A stretch of 58,377 nt of DNA from a virus. Lineage: Duplodnaviria; Caudoviricetes. The position numbers and the translations under genes were made by a program. Shown here piece after piece: positions 8,582-17,634 of the stretch. The notes under the pieces are model-generated. The model was not told the origin of the DNA. It did not search any database and was given only the letters and a program-made list of their open reading frames with translations. The stretch covers positions 1-58,377 of IMG/VR virus record IMGVR_UViG_3300022723_000109; one strand, 5' to 3'. Positions within the stretch are counted from its first letter, which is position 1. Every line of letters starts with the position of its first letter.

Positions 8582-8835
8582 AGCTCAACGACGGCCTCTT
8601 CAGGAAGCAGGTCGGCGAGCGCCAGGTCGACGCGCGCGCCGAGCACCGGATCGCGAGCGGCTTCGACAAGATCTTCGGCTCTCGGCGCAACGGCGATGGG
8701 TGCTACGCCTGGCACGTCGCGCTCTGGCTCTGCGGGTACCGGCAGTCGCGACCGTCCCGGACGATTCACAGCGGGGTCCGGGACCGGGCTCGAGCCGAGG
8801 CTATCGAGCGCCAGGTGCGCGAGCTCGCAGGATAG
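8578..8835 (+). CDS. Hypothetical protein
   Basis: GTGA overlap. Confidence 0.55.
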   Translation: MKLNDGLFRKQVGERQVDARAEHRIASGFDKIFGSRRNGDGCYAWHVALWLCGYRQSRPSRTIHSGVRDRARAEAIERQVRELAG

Positions 8836-8844
8836 ACTCGCCGG

Positions 8845-9039
8845 ATGACGAGCAACGACGAAACCCCCGACGTCGCGGAGATGCGGACGAAGGTGAACCT
8901 CTGGCTCACGACGCTCGACGGCAAGCCGATGTTCGAGGACGACCCGCAGCTTCGGGAGAAGATCCTCGACGCGCTCTTCCGATGCTCCGACGACAAGATC
9001 AGACGGATCTATCTGAAGATCCCGGAGGGCGAACGGTGA
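8845..9039 (+). CDS. Hypothetical protein
   Basis: Coupled to the next gene; -10 box upstream. Confidence 0.6.
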   Translation: MTSNDETPDVAEMRTKVNLWLTTLDGKPMFEDDPQLREKILDALFRCSDDKIRRIYLKIPEGER

Positions 9040-9836
9040 CGCTGGAGATCCATCAATCGACGATGTCCCTGATGTCGAAGTGCCCGCAGGCCGTCGAGCA
9101 CTACCTCAACGGGCTCAAGCGTCCGCCGCTCGTGGTGCTGCTCATGGGAACCGTCACGCACCGCGTCGGCGAAGCGAACCTCGGGCACAAGATGGAGCAC
9201 GGCGAGCTCCTCGGCGACGCGGACGTCATGGACCTCGCGGCGTCGATCTTCCGCGACGAGTGGGACGGCGGCGAGCCGCTGCTCACGGAAGAGGAGCGCC
9301 AGCTCGGGAAGTCGCGCGTCAAGGGCGCGACGAAGGACGCATGCGTCAACCTCGGGCTCATGCACTCGAAGCGCATCGCCCCGTCGATCGAGCCCGTCGC
9401 TCTTGAGCGCGCGATGACGCTCCTCGTCGACGGTGAACGATACCGCCTGGTCGGGACGCTCGACGTCGAAGAGGAAGACCGGATCCGCGACCTGAAGACC
9501 TCCGTCTCGCGCATGACGATCGACGACGCACGCGACTCGGTGCAGCTCGATATGTACGCCTTCATGCTGGAGCGGCTCACCGGCAAGCGCGTCTCGCGGG
9601 TCTGCCTCGACGTCCTGCAGAAGGCCGTCATCCCCAAGCCGTACACCCTGGACGTCGCCGCGCCGTCCGACTTCGAGCCGCTGCTCATGCGGATCGAGCG
9701 GACCGCAAAGGTGATCGAGTCCGGGGCCTTCATGCCCGTCGACCCGAGCGGCCCCTCCGGGTGGATCTGCTCGGAGCGGTTCTGCGGGTACTTCGACGAC
9801 TGCGTCTTCGGCCGGCGACGGCGGAAGGCGCTATGA
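9036..9836 (+). CDS. PD-(D/E)XK exonuclease, RecB/Cas4-like
   Basis: N-terminal CP, GTLD...DLKT, QLDMY, C-terminal CxxxxCxYxxxC. Confidence 0.85.
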   Translation: MTLEIHQSTMSLMSKCPQAVEHYLNGLKRPPLVVLLMGTVTHRVGEANLGHKMEHGELLGDADVMDLAASIFRDEWDGGEPLLTEEERQLGKSRVKGATKDACVNLGLMHSKRIAPSIEPVALERAMTLLVDGERYRLVGTLDVEEEDRIRDLKTSVSRMTIDDARDSVQLDMYAFMLERLTGKRVSRVCLDVLQKAVIPKPYTLDVAAPSDFEPLLMRIERTAKVIESGAFMPVDPSGPSGWICSERFCGYFDDCVFGRRRRKAL

Positions 9837-9875
9837 TCGTCGGCTCGTTTTCACCACTCCCAGGAGAAGCACGAC

Positions 9876-11363
9876 ATGGAAGTCCTTCCGAAAGAGGGCG
9901 GAGCCCTCGCAGAGACCGGTCGCAACGTGACCGGAGACGCCGGCGCGATCGCCGAGCAAGGCGCGCAGCACACGTCGGCCCTCGCGGCTGAGCGCTACCG
10001 AATCGAGGGCATGATCATCGCGGCCGAGCGGAGGCCGCGTGACGAAGAGCGCGCGCGCGACCGCGTGCTCAAGAGCTGCAAGCGCCCGAGGTTCGCCGAG
10101 GGCGCGACGTACGAGTTCCCGCGCGGCGGCTCCGTCGTGACCGGGCCTTCGGTGAACCTCGCCCGCGAGATGGCGCGCGCGTGGGGAAACATCATGACCG
10201 GGTACCGGATCGTCGACATGGACGACGTCTGGATCACGATCGAGGGGTTCGCGTACGACGTCGAGACGAACACCGTGCTCGCCGAGCAATCCCGCTTCAA
10301 GCGCATGGTGCAGCGGAAGCCGAAGGACGCGCGCGGCCGCACGATCAAGGGCGCGCCGGCGACGTGGGTCCGCATCGACGACGAGCGCGACCTCATGGAG
10401 CTCGTCGGCCGCAACGCGGCGAAGCGGCAACGGAACTGCATCTTGAACCTCATGCCCTTCGACATCCGCGAAGAGGCGTTGGAGATCTGCTACAACACCG
10501 CGCTCCAGCTCGCCGACCGCGAGCTCAAGGGCAAGAAGATCGAGGAAGTGATCGAGGATCTCCTCGAAGCGTTCGAGCACTACGGCGTCGAGCGCGACGC
10601 GATCGAGGCGTTCCTGAAGCGCCCGATGGAGGAGATGACCGACGGCGACCTCGTGAAGCTGCGCGGCGTCTACCGCTCGATCAAGGCGGGCGAGGGGAAG
10701 GTCGACGAGTTCTTCGACGTGAAGCCCGCCGAGCCGGCGAAGGCGGGAGTCCGGCCGGAGCAGGTCCATCCCGAAGGCGGCTCGAGCCCGGCCGACGCGA
10801 AGAAGGAAGACGCCGCCGGCGCCCCCGAGGCGGACGGCAAGGACGACGCGCGCAGGATGCCGACGTCGCGCCAGCTCACGAAGCTCCGGAAGGTCGTGCG
10901 CGAGCACGGCACGAAGGAGGCGTTCATCGACTGGCTCGCGGCCGAGTTCGAGATCGAGGTCGACGACGGCACGCTCAACTCCGCATGCGAGGCGATCAAG
11001 GGCAAGCTCGGCGAGGACGACGTCGAGGTCATGATCGCCCGGATCGAGCAGGGCGGCGAGCTGAAGCAGGAAGAGGACGCCGGCGGCGAGGACGAGGTCC
11101 CTACGAGTGGGGGCTCTGCCGAGGAGTCCCCTGCCTCGTCGACGCCCGAACGCACGAGATCCTCCAGCTCTGACGGACCGACCGACGAGCAGATCCGGCG
11201 CATCGTGCAGATGCTCGACGCGCACGAGGTCAAGCGGAAGGATCTCGACGAGCTGCTCGCGAAGCTCTTCCAGGTCGAGAACGAGCGCGAGCTCACCGTC
11301 GAACGGGCGGCCGAGCTGATCACCGGCATCGAGTCCGGCGATATCTGGAGCGCCCTCGACTGA
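9876..11363 (+). CDS. Putative single-strand annealing/recombination protein with long acidic C-terminus
   Basis: YEFPRGG...GPSVNLAREMARAWGNI family motif; adjacent to exonuclease; AGGAG ribosome binding site. Confidence 0.65.
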   Translation: MEVLPKEGGALAETGRNVTGDAGAIAEQGAQHTSALAAERYRIEGMIIAAERRPRDEERARDRVLKSCKRPRFAEGATYEFPRGGSVVTGPSVNLAREMARAWGNIMTGYRIVDMDDVWITIEGFAYDVETNTVLAEQSRFKRMVQRKPKDARGRTIKGAPATWVRIDDERDLMELVGRNAAKRQRNCILNLMPFDIREEALEICYNTALQLADRELKGKKIEEVIEDLLEAFEHYGVERDAIEAFLKRPMEEMTDGDLVKLRGVYRSIKAGEGKVDEFFDVKPAEPAKAGVRPEQVHPEGGSSPADAKKEDAAGAPEADGKDDARRMPTSRQLTKLRKVVREHGTKEAFIDWLAAEFEIEVDDGTLNSACEAIKGKLGEDDVEVMIARIEQGGELKQEEDAGGEDEVPTSGGSAEESPASSTPERTRSSSSDGPTDEQIRRIVQMLDAHEVKRKDLDELLAKLFQVENERELTVERAAELITGIESGDIWSALD

Positions 11364-11695
11364 TGCCGGGCGGCAAGCCCCCGCGCCGCGGCGACTCGCT
11401 CGGGCTCGATGCCTGGCAGGTCGCCGCGGCCTCCACTTCCGGCCAACCCGACGAGCTCGACGAAGTGCACTTCAAGCTCCGGCTCCCGGGTCTGGCGGAG
11501 CCGTTGATCATGCGCTTCCGGAGCGCGTCGGCAGTCGATCGCCTCGTCCTTGCTCTGGACAATCACCGGCGCATCGTGTTCCCCGACGACGACATCATGC
11601 TCCTCACGCGCTGCAGTAGATGCGGAGCGCTGGAGGACGTTCGCGGCGACGAGCCGTGCAAGGTCTGCCAGCACCGCGCGACGAGGCACACGTGA
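11363..11695 (+). CDS. Hypothetical protein with C-terminal zinc finger
   Basis: CSRC...CKVC; coupled. Confidence 0.6.
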   Translation: MPGGKPPRRGDSLGLDAWQVAAASTSGQPDELDEVHFKLRLPGLAEPLIMRFRSASAVDRLVLALDNHRRIVFPDDDIMLLTRCSRCGALEDVRGDEPCKVCQHRATRHT

Positions 11696-11895
11696 CGATC
11701 TACGGCGTGAAGCTCTACGCCTGCGAGGTCGACGGCTGCGAGTGGGTCGGCCCCGAGTCGGAGATGCTCAGCGACTACGTCCCGGGCGGAGAGCACGGGG
11801 ACGAGTCCTGGTCGAGCCATATCTGCCCCGCGTGCGGGGCGTGGCAGATCGACCTCGACGAGTACGAGCTCGTCGACAACGGGGCGGACGGTTGA
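11692..11895 (+). CDS. Small zinc-ribbon protein
   Basis: CEVDGC...CPACG. Confidence 0.6.
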   Translation: MTIYGVKLYACEVDGCEWVGPESEMLSDYVPGGEHGDESWSSHICPACGAWQIDLDEYELVDNGADG

Positions 11896-12221
11896 AGAGC
11901 CGGCACGCCGCGAAGGTCGACGCGAATCAGCCCGCGCTCATCCGCGCCGCCGAGCGGTACGCGCGCGAGCTCGGGGCGGAGATCTCGATCGAGAGCCTCG
12001 CGTCATGCGGCGATGACGTGCCCGATCTCCTCATCGGGTACCGCGGCCGGAACCTGCTCGTCGAGGTCAAGAACCCCGCCGCCGGCGCCTCGCGGCGCGC
12101 CCTCCGCCCCGGGCAACGGCGCTGGCATCGAGCGTGGAAGGGGCAGGTCGCCAAGGTGGAAACCGATTCCGAGCTGCTCGCCCTGCTTCGGGAGGTAGAC
12201 CGATCCGAGCTCGGCGGGTAG
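11892..12221 (+). CDS. VRR-NUC-like nuclease / putative Holliday junction resolvase
   Basis: KVDANQ, VPDLLIGYRG, VEVK, LRPGQ motifs. Confidence 0.8.
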   Translation: MKSRHAAKVDANQPALIRAAERYARELGAEISIESLASCGDDVPDLLIGYRGRNLLVEVKNPAAGASRRALRPGQRRWHRAWKGQVAKVETDSELLALLREVDRSELGG

Positions 12222-12270
12222 CCTGGTCGGTCCCCTACTCCCCGAAGGCCCTCACGTCCAGGAGAAGCAC

Positions 12271-12513
12271 GTGCAGGACGAGAACACGATCGCGCTCGAC
12301 AAGCGCGGAGGTCGGCTCACGATCGCCGGCCAGCTCACGCAGGTCCAGGTCGGGCAAGAGGCCCGGCAGATCCAGACGGCGGCGTTGTACGACCTGCTCT
12401 GCCGCTCGGGCTTCGAGCCCGACTCGAACGGCGGCGTCGTGCTGATCGGCTACTGCGTCGTCATGCTCATCGGCGTCGCGTGCGGCCTCGGCCTCGGCGC
12501 GTGGCTCTTCTGA
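12271..12513 (+). CDS. Small membrane protein
   Basis: AGGAG ribosome binding site; C-terminal TM helix. Confidence 0.6.
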   Translation: MQDENTIALDKRGGRLTIAGQLTQVQVGQEARQIQTAALYDLLCRSGFEPDSNGGVVLIGYCVVMLIGVACGLGLGAWLF

Positions 12514-12806
12514 TGCCGGAGAAGCTCACCCCCTGCGGCGGCTGCCAGTTCGGCGCGTCGCCCGACTACTGCATCGACTCGCCCGAGCTCTCGCCGTACC
12601 GTCGCGAGGGCATGCGCAACGGCGACGAGCTCCGCTGCCACCGCGACCCGACGCAGCTCTGCAAGGGCTTCGCGCGAGAGCGCCGGAATCACCCGGGCCT
12701 CAAGAGCTACTTCTACCGCCAGAGCGAGGCCCTCGTTCGCCACGGCTGGACGCCCGAAGAGGTCGCACGTGACCGCGCCGGCGAGTCGGAAGAGGCTGCG
12801 TCGTGA
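12513..12806 (+). CDS. Cys-rich hypothetical protein
   Basis: PCGGC...CH...CKGF; TGATG overlap. Confidence 0.6.
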   Translation: MPEKLTPCGGCQFGASPDYCIDSPELSPYRREGMRNGDELRCHRDPTQLCKGFARERRNHPGLKSYFYRQSEALVRHGWTPEEVARDRAGESEEAAS

Positions 12807-13056
12807 CCTGGTCGCGGACGGCCCTCTCCGGATGGAGATCATGCCGCTCCTCTTCGGCCGTGCGCGGATCATCTACACCGACGGCCTCTCGGTCTTCGAC
12901 GGATGGTGATACGACACGCCCGAGCTCGCCGTGCGCGCGCTTGTCGAGTGGCTCGCGACCGACCGCGAGCACGAGCCCGAAGGTTGGATGCGCTGCGTCA
13001 ACGACGGCCGCCGCCGGCCAGGCGGTGACGCGAGCAAGGAGTACGTGAACCCGTGA
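12769..13056 (+). CDS. Phage protein with in-frame UGA at 12907-12909 (candidate selenoprotein or pseudogene); start 12769 or 12832
   Basis: MEIMPLLFGRARIIYTDGLSVFDGW*YDTPELAVRALVEW...EPEGWMR...GRRRPGGDASKEYVNP; coding-like codons on both sides of the stop; final stop overlaps the next GTG. Confidence 0.7.
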
Positions 13057-13457
13057 TCTTCTTCCGGAAGCAACCCGAGCCCGAGGAGATGCGCACCGCT
13101 GAGGAGTTCCTCGCGGAGCAGGCCAAGCTCGCCGGCGTCGATTGGAGCGTCGAGCAATGCCGCGCCCTGATCGAGTCCTGCCGTCGCATGGCGGCGCTCG
13201 TGCAGGGTTCGGCGATGGCCTTCGCCGAGGCGGCCCTGCAGATCTCGCGAGCGATGCCCTCGTTCGAGGAGCTTGCCGAGACGCTCGACGAGCTCCGGCG
13301 CATCGGCGTCGACCTGCGGGACGACGACCAGGTCGTCCGGAGAAAGCGCCAGCGCGTCGCCGCGCTCGTGTCGCACGCGAAGATCAAGCAGTACGACGGC
13401 CGGCAGATCCACCGGCCCCGGGCTCGAGCCCGCTATACCCGCGCGAGGAAGCGATGA
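13053..13457 (+). CDS. Hypothetical protein
   Basis: Coupled ORF. Confidence 0.6.
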   Translation: MIFFRKQPEPEEMRTAEEFLAEQAKLAGVDWSVEQCRALIESCRRMAALVQGSAMAFAEAALQISRAMPSFEELAETLDELRRIGVDLRDDDQVVRRKRQRVAALVSHAKIKQYDGRQIHRPRARARYTRARKR

Positions 13458-13777
13458 AGATCAAGATCACCTTCGACCCGTCCCACACGACCGGCCATCT
13501 CCGCAACGTCTTCGACGACGACGTCGCGCGTACGCTCTGGCTCCTCTGGAAGCGAGGCCATCTCACGAACGACGACTTCTCGGAGGAGTGCGTCGTCGTG
13601 GCGGACCGGATCCGGGAGTCCAAGCCGGAGACCGCGGAGGAGCTCGCTCGGTGCTTCCCCACGCTGGACCCGCGCGGCAGCAACTTCACCGCCGGCGACG
13701 TCGAGAGGTTCACGGCGAAGTACCTCGGCTTCTTCACCGGGGACGACTCGGTCGAGTACGAGGTCGTCAGCTCGTGA
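13454..13777 (+). CDS. Hypothetical protein
   Basis: ATGA overlap. Confidence 0.65.
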   Translation: MKIKITFDPSHTTGHLRNVFDDDVARTLWLLWKRGHLTNDDFSEECVVVADRIRESKPETAEELARCFPTLDPRGSNFTAGDVERFTAKYLGFFTGDDSVEYEVVSS

Positions 13778-14007
13778 GCCCCGGGATCGAGGTCCCCAAA
13801 CTCGCCAGCGCGGCCGAGCTCGTGCTGATCAAGTGGCGCTGCTACGCGATCCTCGGCGCCCTCGGCCAGGGCCCGCGGGTCGATCAGCTCGTCGGCGAGA
13901 TCATGCTCGACTCGCAGCCGCCGAATCGGGAGAGTGTGCTCCGTCTCGCCGAGCGAACGGCTCGCGCGATGGGCAACGATCCACGAACGAAGAGACTCAG
14001 ACGATGA
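13774..14007 (+). CDS. Hypothetical protein
   Basis: GTGA overlap. Confidence 0.55.
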   Translation: MSPGIEVPKLASAAELVLIKWRCYAILGALGQGPRVDQLVGEIMLDSQPPNRESVLRLAERTARAMGNDPRTKRLRR

Positions 14008-14660
14008 ACGCTCAGATCAGCCGACTCAAGGCGCTCGACCCCCCGACCGACGAAGCCGTCGCCGCCAAGGTGACGGAAGTGCTCGCGGGGAGCGCGGCGC
14101 AGTACCGCCCGTTCCTTCAGACCCTCTCCGGGATGCTCCCGTTCGCGCACGCGAAGGAGTTCATGGGAAGCCTCGTCCCCGAGGGTACCGACTTCCGGAC
14201 CTGGACCCCGCCGCAGCGGACGTACGACTACCTGCTCCGCAAGATGCAGCGGTACCTCAAGAAGAAGCTCGTCCGCGCTGCGAACACGCGCAAGCCGCTC
14301 AGCGTGTCCGCGTGCGTCCAGCACTTCGCCGCCTGGTCGTGGCTCATCGGAGACGTCGACACGTCCTCGAAGCTGCTCGCCTGGCACGACGCCGCGCTCG
14401 ACTACTGCGGCAAGCCGATCGCGTACATGGTCGGCGACTTCCTCAACGAACTCGTCGAGGGCATGAAGCAGGAAGCGCTCGCGACGGTCAACCCCGAGGA
14501 CGAGGTCGCGCGCGCCAGGGTGAACGCCGACTTCGAGGCGCAGAAGATCGACGTCGCGTCGCTCGACGACGGCGAGTGGTACGAGACCTTCGAGAGCGAG
14601 TCCCCCGTCGACGCTCGCGAAGCCTTCGCCGCCTGGAAGCAGAAGGTTGGCATCGAGTGA
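14004..14660 (+). CDS. Hypothetical protein
   Basis: ATGA overlap, typical codon usage. Confidence 0.7.
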   Translation: MNAQISRLKALDPPTDEAVAAKVTEVLAGSAAQYRPFLQTLSGMLPFAHAKEFMGSLVPEGTDFRTWTPPQRTYDYLLRKMQRYLKKKLVRAANTRKPLSVSACVQHFAAWSWLIGDVDTSSKLLAWHDAALDYCGKPIAYMVGDFLNELVEGMKQEALATVNPEDEVARARVNADFEAQKIDVASLDDGEWYETFESESPVDAREAFAAWKQKVGIE

Positions 14661-15163
14661 TCGCGATCTCGCTCTGGCAGCCTTAGGCGACCCTGATCGT
14701 CATCGGCCGGAAGCGCGTCGAGACTCGATCATGGTCGCCCGGGCAGCCGGGCAAGCGGATCGCGATCCATGCGGCGAAGCGATGGGGGCACGACCAGGTC
14801 GCCGCGTGCTGCACGAACAAGGGGATCCGCCGGGCGCTGCTAGACCACTTCGGCGGATCCTTCTCCCCCGAGGACGACCTGCCGCGGGGAGTCCTGCTCG
14901 GGACGGCCGAGCTCGCCGGCGCCGCGACGATGCGGGCGCCAGACCTCTTCCCTTCGGGGAAGATCGCGGGGACGGACGTCGCGCTACCCGACTGGCCGGC
15001 CGGATGGCGCCCGGACCGCGACGAAGCGCACTTCGGGCACTTCGAGGCCGGCCGTTGGGGATGGTACCTCAGCGACGCGAGGCCGCTCGACGAGCCTATC
15101 GAAGCCCGAGGTCGGCAAGGTCTCTGGACGCTTCCGTCTGACCTTGCCGCGCTCCTTCGGTGA
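14657..15163 (+). pseudogene. ASCH domain protein with in-frame TAG at codon 10 (14684-14686)
   Basis: AISLWQP*ATLIVIGRKRVETRSW...IAIHAAK...LPRG...ARGRQGLW is a canonical ASCH pattern with the stop at the W/Y of QPWA. Confidence 0.85.
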
Positions 15164-15257
15164 TCTCCTTGCGGAGGTCGGCGACGCACTTCCCGGCGAA
15201 GGCCATCCCGCCGAGCAGGCCGAGAGCGATGACGGTGAGCGAGAGCGTGCGCTTCAT
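15096..15257 (-). CDS. Small membrane or secreted peptide
   Basis: MKRTLSLTVIALGLLGGMAFAGKC; ATGA overlap; below the ORF-track cutoff. Confidence 0.5.
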   Translation of the reverse strand: MKRTLSLTVIALGLLGGMAFAGKCVADLRKEITEGARQGQTEASRDLADLGLR

Positions 15258-15466
15258 GACTTCTCCGGGAGCATGCCGAGCTTCCGCGCCGCGCGGCTGA
15301 GCGCACGGTTGACGACGTCGAGGTCGCGGATCACGAAGGCTCGGTCGTTGCCGAGCTGCTCGTGCTGCTCGGCGATGATGGTGAGGCCGTCGGAGATGCG
15401 GCGGATGAGCAGGCGGGCCTCGCGTTCGCGGGCTTCGTGCTCGGGCTTGCGGTCGCGTCTCTTCAT
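15254..15466 (-). CDS. Hypothetical protein
   Basis: GGAGAG upstream of ATG 15466. Confidence 0.55.
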   Translation of the reverse strand: MKRRDRKPEHEAREREARLLIRRISDGLTIIAEQHEQLGNDRAFVIRDLDVVNRALSRAARKLGMLPEKS

Positions 15467-15503
15467 GGCACTCTCTCCATCGTCACGGCGACGCTCGCGA
15501 CTG

Positions 15504-15549
15504 AAGAAAAACGGCCCGCACCCCTGAGAGCTTCGAGGGCGCGGGCCGT
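15504..15549 (-). terminator. Intrinsic terminator-like hairpin
   Basis: ACGGCCCGC...GCGGGCCGT stem followed by TTTTCTT on the minus strand. Confidence 0.55.
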
Positions 15550-15962
15550 CGGCGCGAGATGCTCCCGAGGGTGGCAAGCCCTCGCACCTTCAGGAGGAAC
15601 ATGATGGCTTCGGGGGTCCCTAGTCCCCTCAGCCGGTCCCCTCCAGCCTACCCGAGAGATCGAGATCCGGGGGGAGAAGCTCAAGGTCGCCGGGGAGCTT
15701 GGCCGAAGGGGGAGGCTTCAACCCGAGTCGGCCCCCCCGCCCTCGGCCCTCGTCGGGGCCCTTCATGGCGGAAGCTCGGCAGGGGAGGCACGGCTCCGGA
15801 CATCGGGGTCGGCGGCGAAGGCTGCCGGCCCCTCGCCCTGCAGGCGGGGCGCGGCTCGAGCCCGGAAGATCCTTCCCGATCTGACCGAGCCCTAACGAAG
15901 TCGGTGCAGAAACCGAAACGAGCTTCAGGGCGATCCCCCTTCAGGTCGACGAAGGGAGTGCC

Positions 15963-16190
15963 ATGAAGATCACCGACGCACACGACCTCAAGAAAGCCGC
16001 GATCGTTTGGGAGACCGGAGACCTGCAGAGCATCGAGCAGCTCCGACGTGACGAGCAGGTGCGCGCGAAGTTCAAGCGCACCTTCACGCACGCTTACGCC
16101 GAGACGCCGCGTCGCGAGAAGCCCGTGAGCGAGATGACCTTCGAGGAGTTCGCCGCAAGCCGTCGACGTCAGAAAGGAGTCACGCTCTGA
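15963..16190 (+). CDS. Hypothetical protein
   Basis: GGGAG ribosome binding site; coupled to the next gene. Confidence 0.6.
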   Translation: MKITDAHDLKKAAIVWETGDLQSIEQLRRDEQVRAKFKRTFTHAYAETPRREKPVSEMTFEEFAASRRRQKGVTL

Positions 16191-16477
16191 TGCTCACCTT
16201 CCTCCAGTTCGGGCCGCCGGGGGTCCTCTTCCGTTCCCGGAACGTGTTCGCCGTACTCTCAGCGGTCGTCGCCTTCACGGTGGCGGCCGTTTTTCTTTCG
16301 CCGATCCTCGCGATCGCCATTCCCGACGAGCCGTCGATCGGGATCGACGCCGCCCTCGTCCGCGACCTGATCTTCTGGATCTCGATCGCGATGACGTGGG
16401 CCGCGCTGATCTCGGCGCGCGACCTCTTCATGCCCGCCTCGACTGCGGACGTGAGGGGGTGCGCCGATGTCCGCTGA
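16190..16477 (+). CDS. Membrane protein with two TM helices
   Basis: Hydrophobic segments; TGATG overlap. Confidence 0.6.
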   Translation: MLTFLQFGPPGVLFRSRNVFAVLSAVVAFTVAAVFLSPILAIAIPDEPSIGIDAALVRDLIFWISIAMTWAALISARDLFMPASTADVRGCADVR

Positions 16478-16925
16478 TTCCCTGCGCTACTCCGAGCTCG
16501 CGATCCGGCAATGCCTGGAGCTCTGCGAGCCCGGCGCCCGCCGAGACCTTGAAGCCCTGCTGCGCTCGCATCAGCGCTCCGAAGCCGAGGCCGTGATCAG
16601 ACGGGCCGCCGAGCTCCGCGCGCTCGACGCGATCGACCGCTTCCTCACCGCGTACGATCCGCCGATGGCGGAGTTCCGTCGCGAGGGACCCGACGGGCGG
16701 GTCCAGACCTGGAAGCCGAAGACCCCGCGCCAGCGGGCGATCTGCGCTTCGGCCGCGGCGCGGGGGGAGAGCTTCGTCGATCTGCCCTCCCTCCGCCGGC
16801 CCGACCCCGCCCCTGCGCTCCCTCAGCGGCGCCAGGAGCGGGGCAGGGCCCGGACCGGGCACACGGTCGCCATCGGGGCCGCGGCGCTTCTGGCGCTCGC
16901 CTGCGCTGCCTTCGTGGCCGGCTGA
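16467..16925 (+). CDS. Hypothetical protein with C-terminal TM helix
   Basis: C-terminal hydrophobic helix. Confidence 0.6.
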   Translation: MSADSLRYSELAIRQCLELCEPGARRDLEALLRSHQRSEAEAVIRRAAELRALDAIDRFLTAYDPPMAEFRREGPDGRVQTWKPKTPRQRAICASAAARGESFVDLPSLRRPDPAPALPQRRQERGRARTGHTVAIGAAALLALACAAFVAG

Positions 16926-17011
16926 TCGCCAGCCGCCCGCCCGCTCTCCTGGCTCGCCCTGGAGCGCGCTGACGGGGGGCCGGGTCGACACCCTGGACCC
17001 CCGAGCCGGAA

Positions 17012-17048
17012 GTCCCCGGAGAGGAGCTCTCAGAGCCTCTCCGGGGAC
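17012..17048. repeat. 13-bp inverted repeat (hairpin)
   Basis: GTCCCCGGAGAGG / CCTCTCCGGGGAC, intergenic. Confidence 0.8.
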
Positions 17049-17241
17049 GACCTCCTTCTACCCTACCGGGGGCCTCCCCTGGACCGCTTGTAGGGTAGAC
17101 TCGCGCAGCGGTCGAAGAAGAGAGGCGGGAGCCGGCGCGATGGGATGCCGACCCCCGCCCGGCGGCCGCCCCACTCCCGAGGCGACCGAGCCGAGCCTAC
17201 CGGATCGGCCGGTCCGCCTCCATCCCTCCCGCCGCCACTCG

Positions 17242-17634
17242 ATGCAGCCCCTCGACGTCAACGCCTGCGAGCGCGTCTTCCTGCTCTGGAGATGCTCCGA
17301 GCTCGTCTTCGCCGACCACGTCTTCGAGCTGCTCGTCGAGGCGGGCATCGCCGACGGGGAGCTCGTCCACGTGGCGCCCTCGATCGAGAGCTGCCGGGTC
17401 CAGCACAACGGCGAAAGGGTGCCGCTCGATCGAGCGCGCCGAGTCGTCGCGTCGGACCCGGACGGATTCCAGAAGGCCGCCGAGCTCGCCTTCGAGAAGC
17501 TCGGACCGTTCGCCAGGAGAAGCGACCATGACCGAAGTGAGAAGCGTACCGGTGCCCGCAGAGCTGCGCGAGGCGACCGAACTCGTCGCGATCAGCGAGG
17601 AGCACGCCGCCAAGATCCGGCAGCTCGTACGTAA
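17242..17634 (+). CDS. Hypothetical protein (3' end uncertain)
   Basis: Coding-like codons; 107-bp overlap with the next gene. Confidence 0.5.
   Translation: MQPLDVNACERVFLLWRCSELVFADHVFELLVEAGIADGELVHVAPSIESCRVQHNGERVPLDRARRVVASDPDGFQKAAELAFEKLGPFARRSDHDRSEKRTGARRAARGDRTRRDQRGARRQDPAART

Noticed and set aside
11401-11413. Near-matches GGGCTCGATG here and near 22960, 36281 and 38882 as members of the palindrome family
   Set aside because: Only the left half matches and such half-sites are expected in TCGA-rich DNA; not counted
12769-15163. Genome-wide stop codon reassignment
   Set aside because: TGA and TAG both terminate many well-defined coupled genes; only one internal case of each was seen
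15880-15930. Hammerhead ribozyme-like pattern (CTAACGA...stem...GAAAC)
   Set aside because: Core deviates from CUGANGA and I could not build stem III with a cleavage triplet; kept only as generic structure
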